In this document: positions 1 to 11,504 of the stretch, in pieces
Position numbering within the stretch: the first letter of the stretch is position 1
How the letters are laid out: each line of letters opens with the position of its first letter
NCBI GenBank assembly: GCA_965202585.1
Contig: OZ241829.1
Location: 73,408,001 to 73,472,000, forward strand
Direction: 5' to 3'
From: Thalia democratica
Taxonomy: Eukaryota
DNA: 64,000 nucleotides
Notes under the pieces: model-generated
Databases searched by the model: none
Told to the model about the DNA's origin: nothing
What the model saw: only the letters and a program-made list of their open reading frames with translations
Translations under genes and position numbers: made by a program

Positions 1-189
1 ACTAAAAGAATTGTAGTACATTATTATATTGTTCTACGTTTGACTTTAAATAAAAACTTTCCATTAAAAAACTATCACATTTTATCCATTCAAAACAACT
101 TGCGTTTAAAAGCAAATATTGTTTAAGCTGACAAAATAAAAGTATATTTAATCTATATAAATTTTTATTAAAGAAAATAAAGATTAAAA

Positions 190-429
190 CCGTGCAAAAG
201 TGAAGCTCCGACCAAAGTTGACCAATTGATTAAAATTTTTGCAGTTTACAAGTATATTCGTGAAAATATAACGCCGTGCTAAAGTGACACTTTGCAAAAA
301 TGTCGCTATAAAAATGTAACGTCGAGCCAAAGTTTAGACGTGTAAAAATGTTGTCGTGCCAAAGTGACGACCGTGCAAAAGTGACGCCGTGCAAAAGTGT
401 CCCCTCGTGCAAAAGTGACACCCACCCAT
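190..429. mobile_element. Partial non-autonomous element, CGTGCAAAAGTGAC-repeat family (right end)
   Basis: Tandem CGTGCAAAAGTG subrepeats ending in ...GACACCCACCCAT, the same terminus type as 2081-2734. Confidence 0.6.
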
Positions 430-798
430 ATATAGTATGCCATAAGGTGCTAATATCACTGTTTTAATGAAACTCGAGGATACTAACATTTTTGTCTGTC
501 GAAACAATTATAATTAAGATAACATAATTTCGCTTGATTCATTAGTTTTATAAACAAATATCGAAATTGTTTTACAGTTGTGTACAAGACAACAAAACTA
601 TTCGTTTGTCTGCAAATGATCATCTACTAACTGAAAATGTTGAAATAACGTAGCATAATTTGTAGATATTGCAATTCTAGTTGTTTGTTGTGTAGTATGT
701 GTGCACTAATAGCATAGAACTGTTTCATTGTACCTCCACATTACTAAAACAACCTGAAGATGTAATGATGCTCACTTTTTACCGCAGTGATTCTAGGC

Positions 799-1064
799 CA
801 GGGTTTCCAAGTTATTATTCAAAAGGCCCCTTTAAAAAAAATAAAAAAAGCTATGGCCCTATCTAATAGATTATAGAATAACAGATTTACTCAAAAACCT
901 ACCGTTAAAATACCTAAAACCTTTTTTTTTTTGTTTTTCATCATCTGTTCCGGAATATCTAGTTTAAGTTTTAAATTATGACCTTATGTACCCCCCCCCC
1001 CCCGTGGCTCCTATACTGCTAACAGTCCCCAAGGGGACCACTTGGCTAATTTTTTGAAACCCTT
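799..1064. mobile_element. hAT (Charlie-type) MITE
   Basis: TIRs CAGGGTTTC / GAAACCCT(t); 8-bp TSD TTCTAGGC / TTCTAGAC, matching the NTCTAGAN-type target. Confidence 0.8.
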
Positions 1065-1157
1065 TTCTAGACCTACTAAGTGCTTGTGCACAGTAAGTTT
1101 AGATATGTTAGTTTAATTCTCATGTCGTTAGAAAAAAGAGGGTTTACAAAAAAAGAC

Positions 1158-1300
1158 TATTATGACGTCACAAGTAACACGAAAAACTCTTATGACGTCA
1201 TAATTTACTTTAGCTTCACAAGCCGAATCTCAAAGCGACTTCACCAACAGGATTTGAAGTCAGAGACATAACTATTAAACTATTCAAATTATTTTAAAAG
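1158..1300. promoter_or_regulatory. X module (degenerate)
   Basis: TGACGTCA at 1163 and 1193, followed by GCTTCAC...AAAGCGACTTCACC, homologous to the other X copies. Confidence 0.55.
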
Positions 1301-2080
1301 ATTGTAAAAATTATCAAAGTTTGCTCTTTGTGAAACAAACATAAATTATTCGAAATTTTTAAATGAGATACCTCTCGAAACAGACAACCTATCCAGTGGA
1401 GTTGTAGACTGGTCAACAAAAAGAGTATAAGCTCATAAGAAGTATACAAAACAGTCACCTTGAAATAAACGGAAACAATTGGCGGCTGAAAGACACCAGG
1501 TTTGATATCGAAGACAATTAAATCACAAAGAGTGGACGGGCAAGGGTATCATTGGCGACAACAAATACATTAGTAAATAAGATTTTCTTATTTGCCGATC
1601 ATATATATGAACGATTGTATTATTTCCTTGGAACGAAAAGACATAAAAATTTGTAAGCACTGTTTACATATTAAGATGGTGCTTACCTTTGGTTCTTGTT
1701 TGTTTTACTATTTGCCGCTGCGATTTAAACTACGAAGTAAGAAAGCAGGTGCACGACTTTTATTGATAAACACATGCAACATAAGTTTGTCTGTTTACAC
1801 TAAATGTAGGACCACCCGAAAGCGAAATATCTACTGATCATCCAACAAATTTTATCCAGCTACCTTTTACTGAAACTAGAATGTTTTTATAGTTGATTGA
1901 ATGGATTTATGATTCGGGTGAAGTATAATGAACGTGAAACAAATATTTGAGTACAGCACGTACAAATATTCTTTAGTTTACATCTTTTAACTAATACTTA
2001 GGATAAAACATGATTAGTAGAGTAGATTTCAATGTATTGTTTGATAAAAAAAAAACTAGAGGATTAATCTGACATATGAT

Positions 2081-2734
2081 ATGGGTATGAGTCAAATATG
2101 CACGAAGGGACACTTTTCCACAAAAGGTCACTTTTGAACGAAGACGCTTTTGCACGATAAGTCACTTTTGTACAAAAACATTTTAGCACGTGTTGAACTT
2201 TTTTTTTCCTTTTTTTTTTGATTTTAATTTTTAATGTATTTTATTTTTACTATCACTATTACCCTTAACCTTAACCTCAGTCGGTAAATTCTTTTTTTTA
2301 TTAATTAGTATTTAAAGTTAAATTTTTAGCTTATAAGTTTTTTATTTATTATTATTTTTATTTTTATTGTCATTATTTCACCTAGCCCTTACCCTCAGCC
2401 GGTTTTTTTTTACTTTTTTTTTATTACTTTTTTTTTCTTATTTTTTTTTAATAATAGATTTTATTAGCTATTCTTTTATTCTTTTGCTAGCACTGTTACC
2501 CCTAACCCTTACCCCTTGGTTAGTAACCTCTTTTTATTCTTTTTGTTATTTTATTAATTATGTTTCATGTATTTGTATTATTTTTTTTTTTGTTTTTTTT
2601 GACTCTCGAGCAAAAATTACCCTTTATGCAGAAGTGACCCTCCTTGCAAAAGTTTCTTGGTTCAAAAGTGTCCCTTCGTGCATATTTGATCATTTGTACA
2701 AAAGTGTATTCGTGAATATTCAAACCGTTCCCAT
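2081..2734. mobile_element. Non-autonomous element, ATGGG...CCCAT ends, CGTGCAAAA family
   Basis: Inverted ends with TCAAATATGCACGAAGGGACACTTTT on both sides; T-rich core with TAACCC-like motifs. Confidence 0.7.
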
Positions 2735-2782
2735 ATAGTATAGTAATACAATAATTTTAAATTATTAATGTATATAACTCAC

Positions 2783-2905
2783 AGGTGTTTTGGCTGTGTT
2801 TTCCTCGAGAAATTTCAACTCCTGGTGAGTTCATATTTCCGTGATGTTAGCTTGAAAGTTTGTAGCCTTTCATTCTTAAAACCCTGATATTTGAACTCCG
2901 TGCAA
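2783..2905 (-). other. Candidate non-coding exon (S1 family)
   Basis: Minus strand TTTTAACAG acceptor and GTGAGT donor; shares the TCAAGCT(A/G)ACATCA core with other S1 exons; stops in all three frames. Confidence 0.5.
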
Positions 2906-3320
2906 CTGTTAAAACATTAAAGTTTAGTTATTACTTTTATACGAAGTATAACTTGAAAAAGTAATAGTTGACTAACAAAATTCACAAATAAGGTACGATA
3001 TTAACTACTACTTACACTTTTACTTACTAAAATGTACACTTCCACTATTGTTTAATGATCACTACATGACGTCAATCTAATTTTTCGAGCTCCTTCCTTT
3101 GGCTCTTTAAAGTTTTAAATTTACTTAATAGGAAGTACAACTAACTTTAAAGATAACAACAGTCTATAATACTTTAAAGTGTTCAAGTATAGTCAATTTT
3201 TCCTTTATAATAATTTATTCTAGAAGTACTTTTCATAGTTTTACTTGGTTCACAATAGCAACCAAAAAAAAGCATTTTTTCAATCTAAGTTCTAACAATA
3301 GCTTAAAACAAAGTTTAGCC

Positions 3321-3566
3321 CAGGGTTTTCAAAAGCGGGCCATAACAGCAAAGAGGTCAAAATGGAGAGGGGGCATGGGTAGTAAAAGGAACAAAGGTGC
3401 CATGGGACCATAGTTTAAAACTAACACAAGATATTCTAAGTTTTTGGAAAAAGTAAAAAAAAGGTTTTAATTTAAAGATAGTTTTTTAAGAACTCTTGTC
3501 GGAGAAGCCTTAGCTTTTTTGTTTCTTTAAAGGAAAGCCTTATAAAAAAACATTTGGGAAATCCTC
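3321..3566. mobile_element. hAT MITE
   Basis: CAGGGTTTTC / GGGAAATCCTC ends; 8-bp TSD GTTTAGCC / GTTTAGCT. Confidence 0.75.
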
Positions 3567-3909
3567 GTTTAGCTGAACAACAAACATGTTTTTTATTAGT
3601 TTTGTTTTACTTAGTTTTTATTTTATTTTCAGTATATTCTTTTAAATCTCATCTAACCATTATACTTTGTTAAAAGTTGTGTTTGACACGCTGATGTTTA
3701 AACTTTTGTACTTTATTTTATAGTTATTTTCAAAAAAAAATAATTATGTGATGATCAGACTTAATTTTTTTTTTGGTATTTAAAATTAAAAAATTGAAAA
3801 TTTGGAAAATTTTTACATTAAACGCGTTTAAGTTTTTTACAATAAGCAAAATAACAACAAAATTCACAGCACTGTTTGCACAAAGGAAAATAAATGAACA
3901 GCGAAAAAC

Positions 3910-4029
3910 TATTATGACGTCACTACTAATCAAGTTTATTTGACGTCACGATTCACTTATGGCTTCACCAGCCAAAGCCTGACGCGAAATCACCGATTGG
4001 CTTCAAAGTCAAGATGAGTTAGTTTAGAG
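3910..4029. promoter_or_regulatory. X module interrupted by a hAT insertion
   Basis: TGACGTCA at 3915 and 3941, then GCTTCACCAGCC...GCGAAATCACCG; homology stops at CAGGGTTTCCC (4030). Confidence 0.65.
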
Positions 4030-4140
4030 CAGGGTTTCCCAAACTCATTTACTAAATCGCCCCCTTTTCAGTAATTTGAAAAAATATCGCCCCCCACGAT
4101 TGTACAAAGTAGTTTTTCTTTTTAGTACAAACTTTTGAGA
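4030..4140. mobile_element. hAT-type left end
   Basis: CAGGGTTTCCCAAACT after GTTTAGAG; no matching right end found. Confidence 0.5.
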
Positions 4141-5605
4141 TAAAAAAAAACTGTGTTCGAAATGTAATTTAGTCTAGTACTTCTTATGCACGCACTTTGG
4201 TGTTCAAAGTAGTTTACAGGGCTTTACAAAATAATACACAGTTATTATCTTAGAAGCCCAGTAAAGTGTATAAAATACTTAAATATTAAAAAGCCTTGTG
4301 TAATTTGTAATCAATCCTGTGTAAATATGAACTGTTTTGAAACTAATGAAACTTTTAGGTCAGTGGTAGACAACTTTTGTAGTGAGCAACTCATATTTAC
4401 TAACAAACCCTTTCTACTTTCAACTCGTTAAAAAATGTAATTGCGGGCTGCATGATTTAAAGAAATAAAAAATAAGAATATTTAAAAAACTTGAGCAAAA
4501 TTGTAATAAAATTATTTAGTATTATTGTGATCTAGGAAATACTATTGTGAACTGAAAACGAAATAAAAGTGTATTTCAAAATAGTAAGTATCAAAAAACT
4601 AAAACTGTAACAACCTGAACCAAGAAAATTTTTAAACAAACTTCAAAGAATATTAACGTGGAAAATTTTAACATAAAATGATGTGATATGAATAATACAA
4701 AAGATGTTATTATGGAGTACATGAATATCAAGTACATAAATATGATTAAGCCTTCTCTCAGAAAAATATCTTGCCAGAGCCGCAACCAATCAATGGAAAA
4801 CAATTGTTGCAATACGGAATACGTAAGATTCTAAAACAAACTTTCAAAACAGTATACGATAATTAAATAACAAATTTTTTTTAACCAATCTATTTGGTCG
4901 TTTACATAAAAATAACGATAGGTAACTAAAGACAGTATTTTACTGAAGTGAAAACAACGTCAAGACACAAAAATTGAACGTTTAAAATAAACAAAACAGT
5001 CAACTGAACAGACTTACTATAAAATCTGAAGTTTGTTGTGAATAATCTAGAGAACGTGGTCGTGGTACAGGAAGTGAAATAGCAACCCACAAATTTAATA
5101 AATTGAATCAACAGTTAGCAGTAAATCAGAACAGTTTAATGAACGATGTATCATATTTATGTAAGACTTTTCGAATTATATCACTCACCGGAAATGTGAA
5201 ACTCATCAGTATAAAAGTCATAAAACATTTTTTCTTTGACATCGAAATACCTAAGACTGCTATAAGTTTTATACATTGTTTATTAAAATATACTACATTT
5301 GACATGCTAATGGACCACATTTTATGACTAGCTAAATCAGAATTACACGAGTAAGTTAATGATATTTTTCCGTATTGTTTCGTAGCAACCCTAAAGGTTG
5401 TTTTAACTAACAGAATAACAAACATTTTACTGTTATGAAAAATGTATAACTATGGTAGAAAAGTTTCTAGAAACTTCTAGGTTACTAAAATATAATGAAG
5501 TTATCACGGTAGAGGTTGTTTTACACAATAAAAAACAAAACATGAGCACGAAAATGCTGGACCGGAAAACTAAATAAAAAATTAACAGTAGAACAAGGTA
5601 CTGAG

Positions 5606-5970
5606 ACGGGTCAAAAATGCACCGAGCAAAACTTTCCGCGTATTTCATTTTATTAGGTTTCAATTTTGCACGGGTGTCAATTTTATACGATTGTCACCAC
5701 TGTATGGAGTCACTTTTTACCGATATCAATTTTACAAGGCGTCAGATTTTACAGCTGTAAATTTTGCAAGGAGTCACTTTTGCACGGGTGACATTTTTTT
5801 CAATAAGTCACTTATGCAAGACGTCAATTTTTTATGGTTGTCAATTTGCATGAAGTCTAGAAACTCTCTTTACTTGTCTAAAAAAAATTTTACGAAATTT
5901 AAGAAAGCAAAATTTACATGGTGCAAAATTAACCTCTTTACAAAACTGACTACACGTGCAAATATGACCC
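5606..5970. mobile_element. CGTGCAAAA-family element
   Basis: GGGTCAAAAATGCAC left end, CGTGCAAATATGACCC right end; paralogs at 14351 and 45150. Confidence 0.6.
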
Positions 5971-6183
5971 TTCGCTGTTTAAGTATCTTCGAAGAGGGCG
6001 TTAATCAAAGTAGCTTGGGATTCCTTAAGAGATCACAGTTATACAAATGTTTTAATTTTAACTTTGGTTACAACATCATAAGTAGTAGTTTTTAATGAGC
6101 TTAATTAATCAAAGACAAAGATGTGCAACAAAAAGTTAGTTCTGGTTACTTACACTACATATATTATAAATATGAAAACTTAC

Positions 6184-6278
6184 TTGGAGTTTTTGCTAGG
6201 TTCGCAATTTTCAGCATTGATGTCAGCCTAAGAGGTCGTTTCTCGTTTTTCTTTCTCAAAAGTAGCATCTCCGTCCAA
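6184..6278 (-). other. Candidate non-coding exon (S1 family), 95 nt
   Basis: Minus strand TTTTTTCAACAG|TTGGACGG...CTCCAA|GTAAGT. Confidence 0.6.
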
Positions 6279-7261
6279 CTGTTGAAAAAATAAATTGAAC
6301 ATTTATTCAAATCAAGATTTTAATCATACTATTAATGAGTTTTGCGTATTTTGCTTTATAAATAGTTTAGCATTGCTGTTTACACCTACAGTTAAAGTTA
6401 TGTTTATTTATTTTTATGACTTGACTACTGAAGCTACTTTTCAGATTTTTTTAAAAATAGACTAAAACTAAATAAAAATAAATATATAACTATCGGATTT
6501 TTTTACTCAATAATTATTCTTCTTTATTAATTAAAAAAATGAAGTGATAATAAAAGATCTACCACACGATCAGCTTATTAACAAACAAGTCTTATTATAA
6601 ACTATTAAATTTTTCGACTTAAGCTGTTTTAGAATTAACAACTTTGGAATCTTAATAACTTATCAAATTTTACTTCAAGCTAAAGTATTTTTAAGCTTTT
6701 AAAGCTTTAAGCTAAGTATATTTATAAAGTTTTTTTGTACAAAAAACGTTCAGTATCCAAAGTTCTTAATTTTTAAATCAAACTATTCGAAGAGTTAAAG
6801 GTCATCAATTTGCTATATAAAAACTAAGTATGGTTGTTTGATCTTAACTGAGTACACTAAAGTAATCAATTTGCTTTAATTTTTTTTTTGAAAAAAAAAC
6901 TATAACGGTTAATACAACTGTAGATAAACATGTTAAATAATATGAATTTAAAAAAAAAGGTTTTGATCAAGAGTTCAAAAGACATGTGGACCCAGAAAAG
7001 AACAAGTTTTTTATTTTAAGTTTATTTTATTTACTTAAAATAAATTGCCATTTTTTGGTTAGTATGCGTATCTAATGAAAATTTTACTGTATCTACGTCA
7101 AAATAACATATAAACTGTTAAAAATAAGATAGAAAAGCGTTTAGGAGTCGGAATTAACTTTTCTGCAGTCAACATTACGGTAGCTAAAATAAAAAAAAAT
7201 TGGCGTCTGAAAACGGTATAGGATAAAATCACACAACCGAAAACTGCCACAGGCAAAACCT

Positions 7262-7510
7262 GTTAGATGACCTCACAAGATGAGTTTAGCAGGTAAAGAT
7301 TCCAAGAATGAAAACATTTTAGTCGTGTTCGAGACGACTTTGAAATTGAGCGTAAATTTGTTAGAATCGGTCAATGCACTTACTGGTGCTGATAATTTGT
7401 ATCTATTTTAATTTTAAGCAAGAGTGCTTGTTAGTTTTTTAATATTACGTCATTAAAAATGAGAGATAAACTTGAGCAAACCGTAAAAACTTGAGAGAGC
7501 TGTTTTTTAC
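7262..7510. promoter_or_regulatory. X module (X2 subtype)
   Basis: TGACCTCACAA, palindrome AGTCGT-N7-ACGACT, right TTACGTCA and TTGAGAG...T-run. Confidence 0.55.
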
Positions 7511-7742
7511 TTCAATTTGTTAAAAAACTGAACTGCTTTTAGGAACACGTTTTTGATAAGCAGAAATCCGCACGTTATTTAAAGTTTATTGAGTCTATGT
7601 ATGCAGTAATTTTCTATACAAAAACGTAGACTCTGTCAAATGTACAAAATGAATAATAAAATAATAAAAGACTTAGGATGCTTTCTTTTATCCTTATAGA
7701 TGGATGAAAGGAATAGATCATCAACGAAATGTTTAGTCTTAC

Positions 7743-7900
7743 CTTAGCGCTGGCTCGGTTACGTTCTAAATATGGTTGCTGAGTAAATCCAAAAGTCTCG
7801 ATGCATAAAGTTGATCGTTGGCAAACGTAACCGAGATCGTTCGATTTAAGAACGTTTGCAGAAAAAATTAAATACAACTGGTGAGTGAGATGAGCCAATG
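7743..7900 (-). other. Candidate first exon with CCAAT box
   Basis: AGCCAATGAC at 7893-7902; minus donor CGCTAAG|GTAAGA; conserved at 17293-17450 with GTAGGA. Confidence 0.45.
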
Positions 7901-8734
7901 ACTGCGACAATTTGGAGTTTAGTTGAAGAATAAGCTTGAAAGAAAGTGAAAACAACAAAACAGTAAACTGAAGCAGAGAAAGAAATTACAATCAAAATTG
8001 ACTTAGTTTTCATGTATTTATTTTTAATACGACTTGTTAATGTTATCTATTCCGTCACTGTTCTTTAAATTATTTGTACTTTAAAGTATTTGCATGCAGG
8101 TACTAATATATACGCATAGCCAATTTCTGAAATACCTTTCATACCAAACAGAAATTTTTATTTGGGCACTTGTGGTTTAATTAAGTGTATTTGAGGTGTT
8201 TTTGCTAGTGTTTAAATTACTTTTAATTTAGAATTAAAAGAATAATTAAGAATTTTACTTTAAGTTAGGTTAAAGTGACATAGAGTTTGTGAAAACCTAG
8301 AAGTTACACATAAAGTAGCTTTTGTTTGCTGTCTAAAATTAAAGAAGCAAAATGATTGCTTAAGTCTAACGTTGTTGCTTCAGAAAGCCTGGATAACCAT
8401 TTTTTGATTCAAATAACTGGTCTAGACAGCGATTGTTAAAAACATATAGCTAGCAGCGTTTGGGCCCGCTAATTAAAACGTTTTTTTTGTGAACAAACTA
8501 AACACGTTTTTTAAGATTGCACTTCGACTTACGCCAAGGAAAGCATTCGTCGTATTCGTCGGTAGGAGAAAGTTTTTGTTGAAAAGCCACCGTTTACCAA
8601 ACCTTAAGCGGTTTCAACTAATAAGTTGTTGTTCCACTATAGGTAACTTCCCTCAACGGGTGAAGAAGGATACATGGAGTAGAAATAAGTAAGTTGATAA
8701 TGAGTCACTAACAAATAATAACGAATAATACCTT

Positions 8735-10300
8735 AAACTTAACCCTCAAACTGGGAAGCTCGAAGGTCGTAGCATGAGTTGTGGTATGAATACTCAAAGT
8801 GTCAGTAATAAAAGAAAAACTTTTATTGTAAGGAACGAGTTTCTTCTTTTAAGGTTGACATTGCAACTTTTAAAGAACACTCGTTGCTGGTCTACGATAA
8901 ATAGAGAAAACTATTTTAACTTTCTATAGTAACATAAAAATGCAGATCACGGAATGGAAAACTGCGACCCGCGATAATATAAATGTGACCCAAAAAACTA
9001 ATCACAAATCAAATTTACGTTTTCTGTAAAAAAATAATAGCTTGAATTTATTTCAGTATGCTTTTTTATTGTTTACAATAATGAGCATAAGCAATCATTT
9101 GTTTTTTTTAAATTATGAGTTTGTTACAAATTTAACTGAGGTTTGATAAGGTTTCTACTTTAGCTGAAGTTCGACGTGACATCGAACCAACATGTGCCAA
9201 ATATTAAAGATACAGTCGGAGTTCGACATCTCAATTGTCATTGCTATTATTCTCTTAATGTTAGGTAAATTTAAAAGACTTGTATCGCGGTACGGAATGA
9301 CCACTTACAAAATAAAGAACTATTGTGACATCACAAAGTCCGCAGCGAAATTACCGTAAAGCTTTATAGTCAAAGATACAATCATATTAAGCAATTTCAA
9401 ATGGATTTAAGAATTCTTCATGTGTTGAAAAACAAACTCAAACAATGCATTTCAACAAGAATCATTGAACGCAATTTGTATTGTGAAGGCAAACGATAGC
9501 TGGCTTAAAGGAAAACATTGCAACTCTTATGGTACACACTTTGCTGGTTTACAGTAAGTAAGAGAATTTTTTTTCAATTTTTAATGGTGTGATAAGAATG
9601 TAGTTCACGGAATGGAAAACTGTGACCCGCGATAATATAAATGTGACCGAAAAAACTAATCAAAAATTAAATTGGTCTCTTTGTAAAAAATGACGGCTTG
9701 AATTTATTGCAATTCGCTTTTTTATTGTTTACAATAGTGAGCATAAGCGATCATTTATTTCGTTAGGTCATGAATTTGTTACAAACTCAACTGAGGTATA
9801 AAGAGATCGCTAATATAAATGAAGTTTGACGTGACATCGAACGAATACGTGCCAGTTCGACATCTCAATTGTCATTGCTATTTTTTCTCTTAATAAATAG
9901 TTAATTTAAAAGACTCGTAACGCGGTACGGAATGACCACTTAGAAAATATAGAGCTACTATGACGTCACCAGTAGTGCAAAAAAAACGTGACATCGCAAT
10001 TCATTTTCGCTTTACAAATCAAAGTCCGAAGCGAAATCACCGTAAAGCTTAATAGTCAACTATACAATCATATTAAGCCATTTCAAATGGCTGTAAAAAT
10101 TCTTCATTTGTTGAAAAACAAACTCAAGCATTGCACTTTAACAAGACTCATTGAACCCAATTTGTATTGTGAAGGCAAACGATTGCTGGCTTAAAGGTTA
10201 ACATTGCAACTCTTATGGAACACACTTTGTTGGTCTACGGTAAATTAGAAAAAGTTATTCTAACTTTCTACGGAGTTTCATAGGAGTTTTTCGGCTTTTT
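8735..10300. repeat. Three tandem X-containing subrepeats (~640 bp period)
   Basis: AACATTGCAACT...GCTGGT(C/T)TAC and CGGAATGGAAAACTG(C/T)GACCCGCGATAATATAAATGTGACC recur; copy B has two units. Confidence 0.8.
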
Positions 10301-10588
10301 GTTTGAGATTTAATCTATAAGGTTGTTTAAACTTAACTGTATTAGAAGTCTGTTTATACTTTTAAAATTTATTTTCTAGTAAAAATAAGGTATCTTTTAT
10401 AATACTCTCAATTACTAAATAAGCTCGAGGGATGTGGAGTTTTGTAGCTTTTTTATTGTGTTTTGTCTTTTTTCAGATAGTTCAGTATTTACAAATAAAT
10501 AAATAAATTATTTTTTTGCACCTTACAAGAAATTTTTCGCAAGACTAGAATATAACATGAAAGAAACATTTGACAAAACCGCACCAAC

Positions 10589-10704
10589 CTGGCATCTGCA
10601 GAAGCGATTGCAGCGTACGCCTAGGACTCCATCTCATTGACCACCTACCTCAGCAGCGCCTTCAAGTGGTTTTTGTCTGGTTGCTGTTACAATACCACCG
10701 AAAT
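10589..10704 (-). pseudogene. Disrupted paralog of the acidic mini-exon
   Basis: Homologous to 10918-11056, with a 4-nt insertion (GTAG) and an in-frame TAG; flanked by TTCTTACAG and GTTGGT. Confidence 0.45.
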
Positions 10705-10917
10705 CTGTAAGAAAATACTTAATTATATAAACTGACTTTAAGTTTAAGTGAGTTAGGGGAAATCAGTTAATATTTTAAAAATTTCTAACAAGAACACCAC
10801 ACGTCACCACTGGCACTGACAAAATCTTACCTAGATCATTTTAGCTTCTGTGCACCACAAAACACTTTTTGTATACCACTTGGTGTAGTTAAGAAAACAT
10901 ACAAAAAATGCACTAAC

Positions 10918-11039
10918 CTTGCATCTGCAGCAGCAATTTCAGTCTGCGAGGGATCCATTTCATCGACCACCTCTGTAGCGCCTTCAAGTGGCTCGTCTGG
11001 TTTCTGGATGTCGCCGTTCATGTCAGTTGCAACTTTCAT
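10918..11039 (-). CDS. Possible small acidic protein exon MKVATDMNGDIQKPDEPLEGATEVVDEMDPSQTEIAAADA
   Basis: GC-rich; acceptor TTCTAACAG at 11057, donor GCAAG|GTTAGT; frame kept in the paralog at 40335-40462; no family recognised. Confidence 0.3.
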
Positions 11040-11504
11040 ACCACCCTTCAGATAGACTGTTAGAAATCATTTATTTTAAAGAACTTACTACAAATTTAAA
11101 ACAAAAATAATAATTTATTTTATATAGCCTTGGCTATAGGTTACGGTTTTGCTGTTCAGACAAATACAATAACTTTTAAATGCAATCAGTCCTCGTTATA
11201 AGTATCTTTACTCAAAATTGAAATTTAATTAACTTAAGTTGAAATTTAAATACTTTTTGATCAAATTACAGTTTTAGTTTTGTTCATTGCTTAATTAAAT
11301 AAAATTGTATACAAAAAATAGTAGGTAAAGTAGTATTGTGTTTTAAAATAAATTAATTTTTATCAGTATTATAATTCAATAATTTCAATAATAAAAACTA
11401 ATTAAATTAAAGGTTGCAGTTTAGTTTTGTTTACGAAATCGCATGACTTGAAATTTCACAAAACTTTTAACGTTCAACGGAAAGTCGGCTTAGAAAACAA
11501 AGAG

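Larger units (their letters stand above)
4595..7980. repeat. Duplicated block, paralog of ~13740-17540 and partly ~44290-46250
   Basis: Collinear shared segments: R-unit tail, MITE, S1 exon, X module and CCAAT exon. Confidence 0.85.

Noticed and set aside
6560-6680. Intronic C/D snoRNA (TGATAA...CTGA on the minus strand)
   Set aside because: Non-canonical C box; D box not conserved in the 28.9 and 58.8 kb paralogs; no terminal stem.
7322-7340. GTTCGAGAC as a tRNA or vault RNA T-loop
   Set aside because: No cloverleaf or A-box; paralogs read GTTTGAGAC and GTTAGAGAC.
7614-7958. 114-aa ORF sharing frame with 17272-17526
   Set aside because: Similarity reflects recent DNA duplication; ends differ and a conserved splice donor lies inside.
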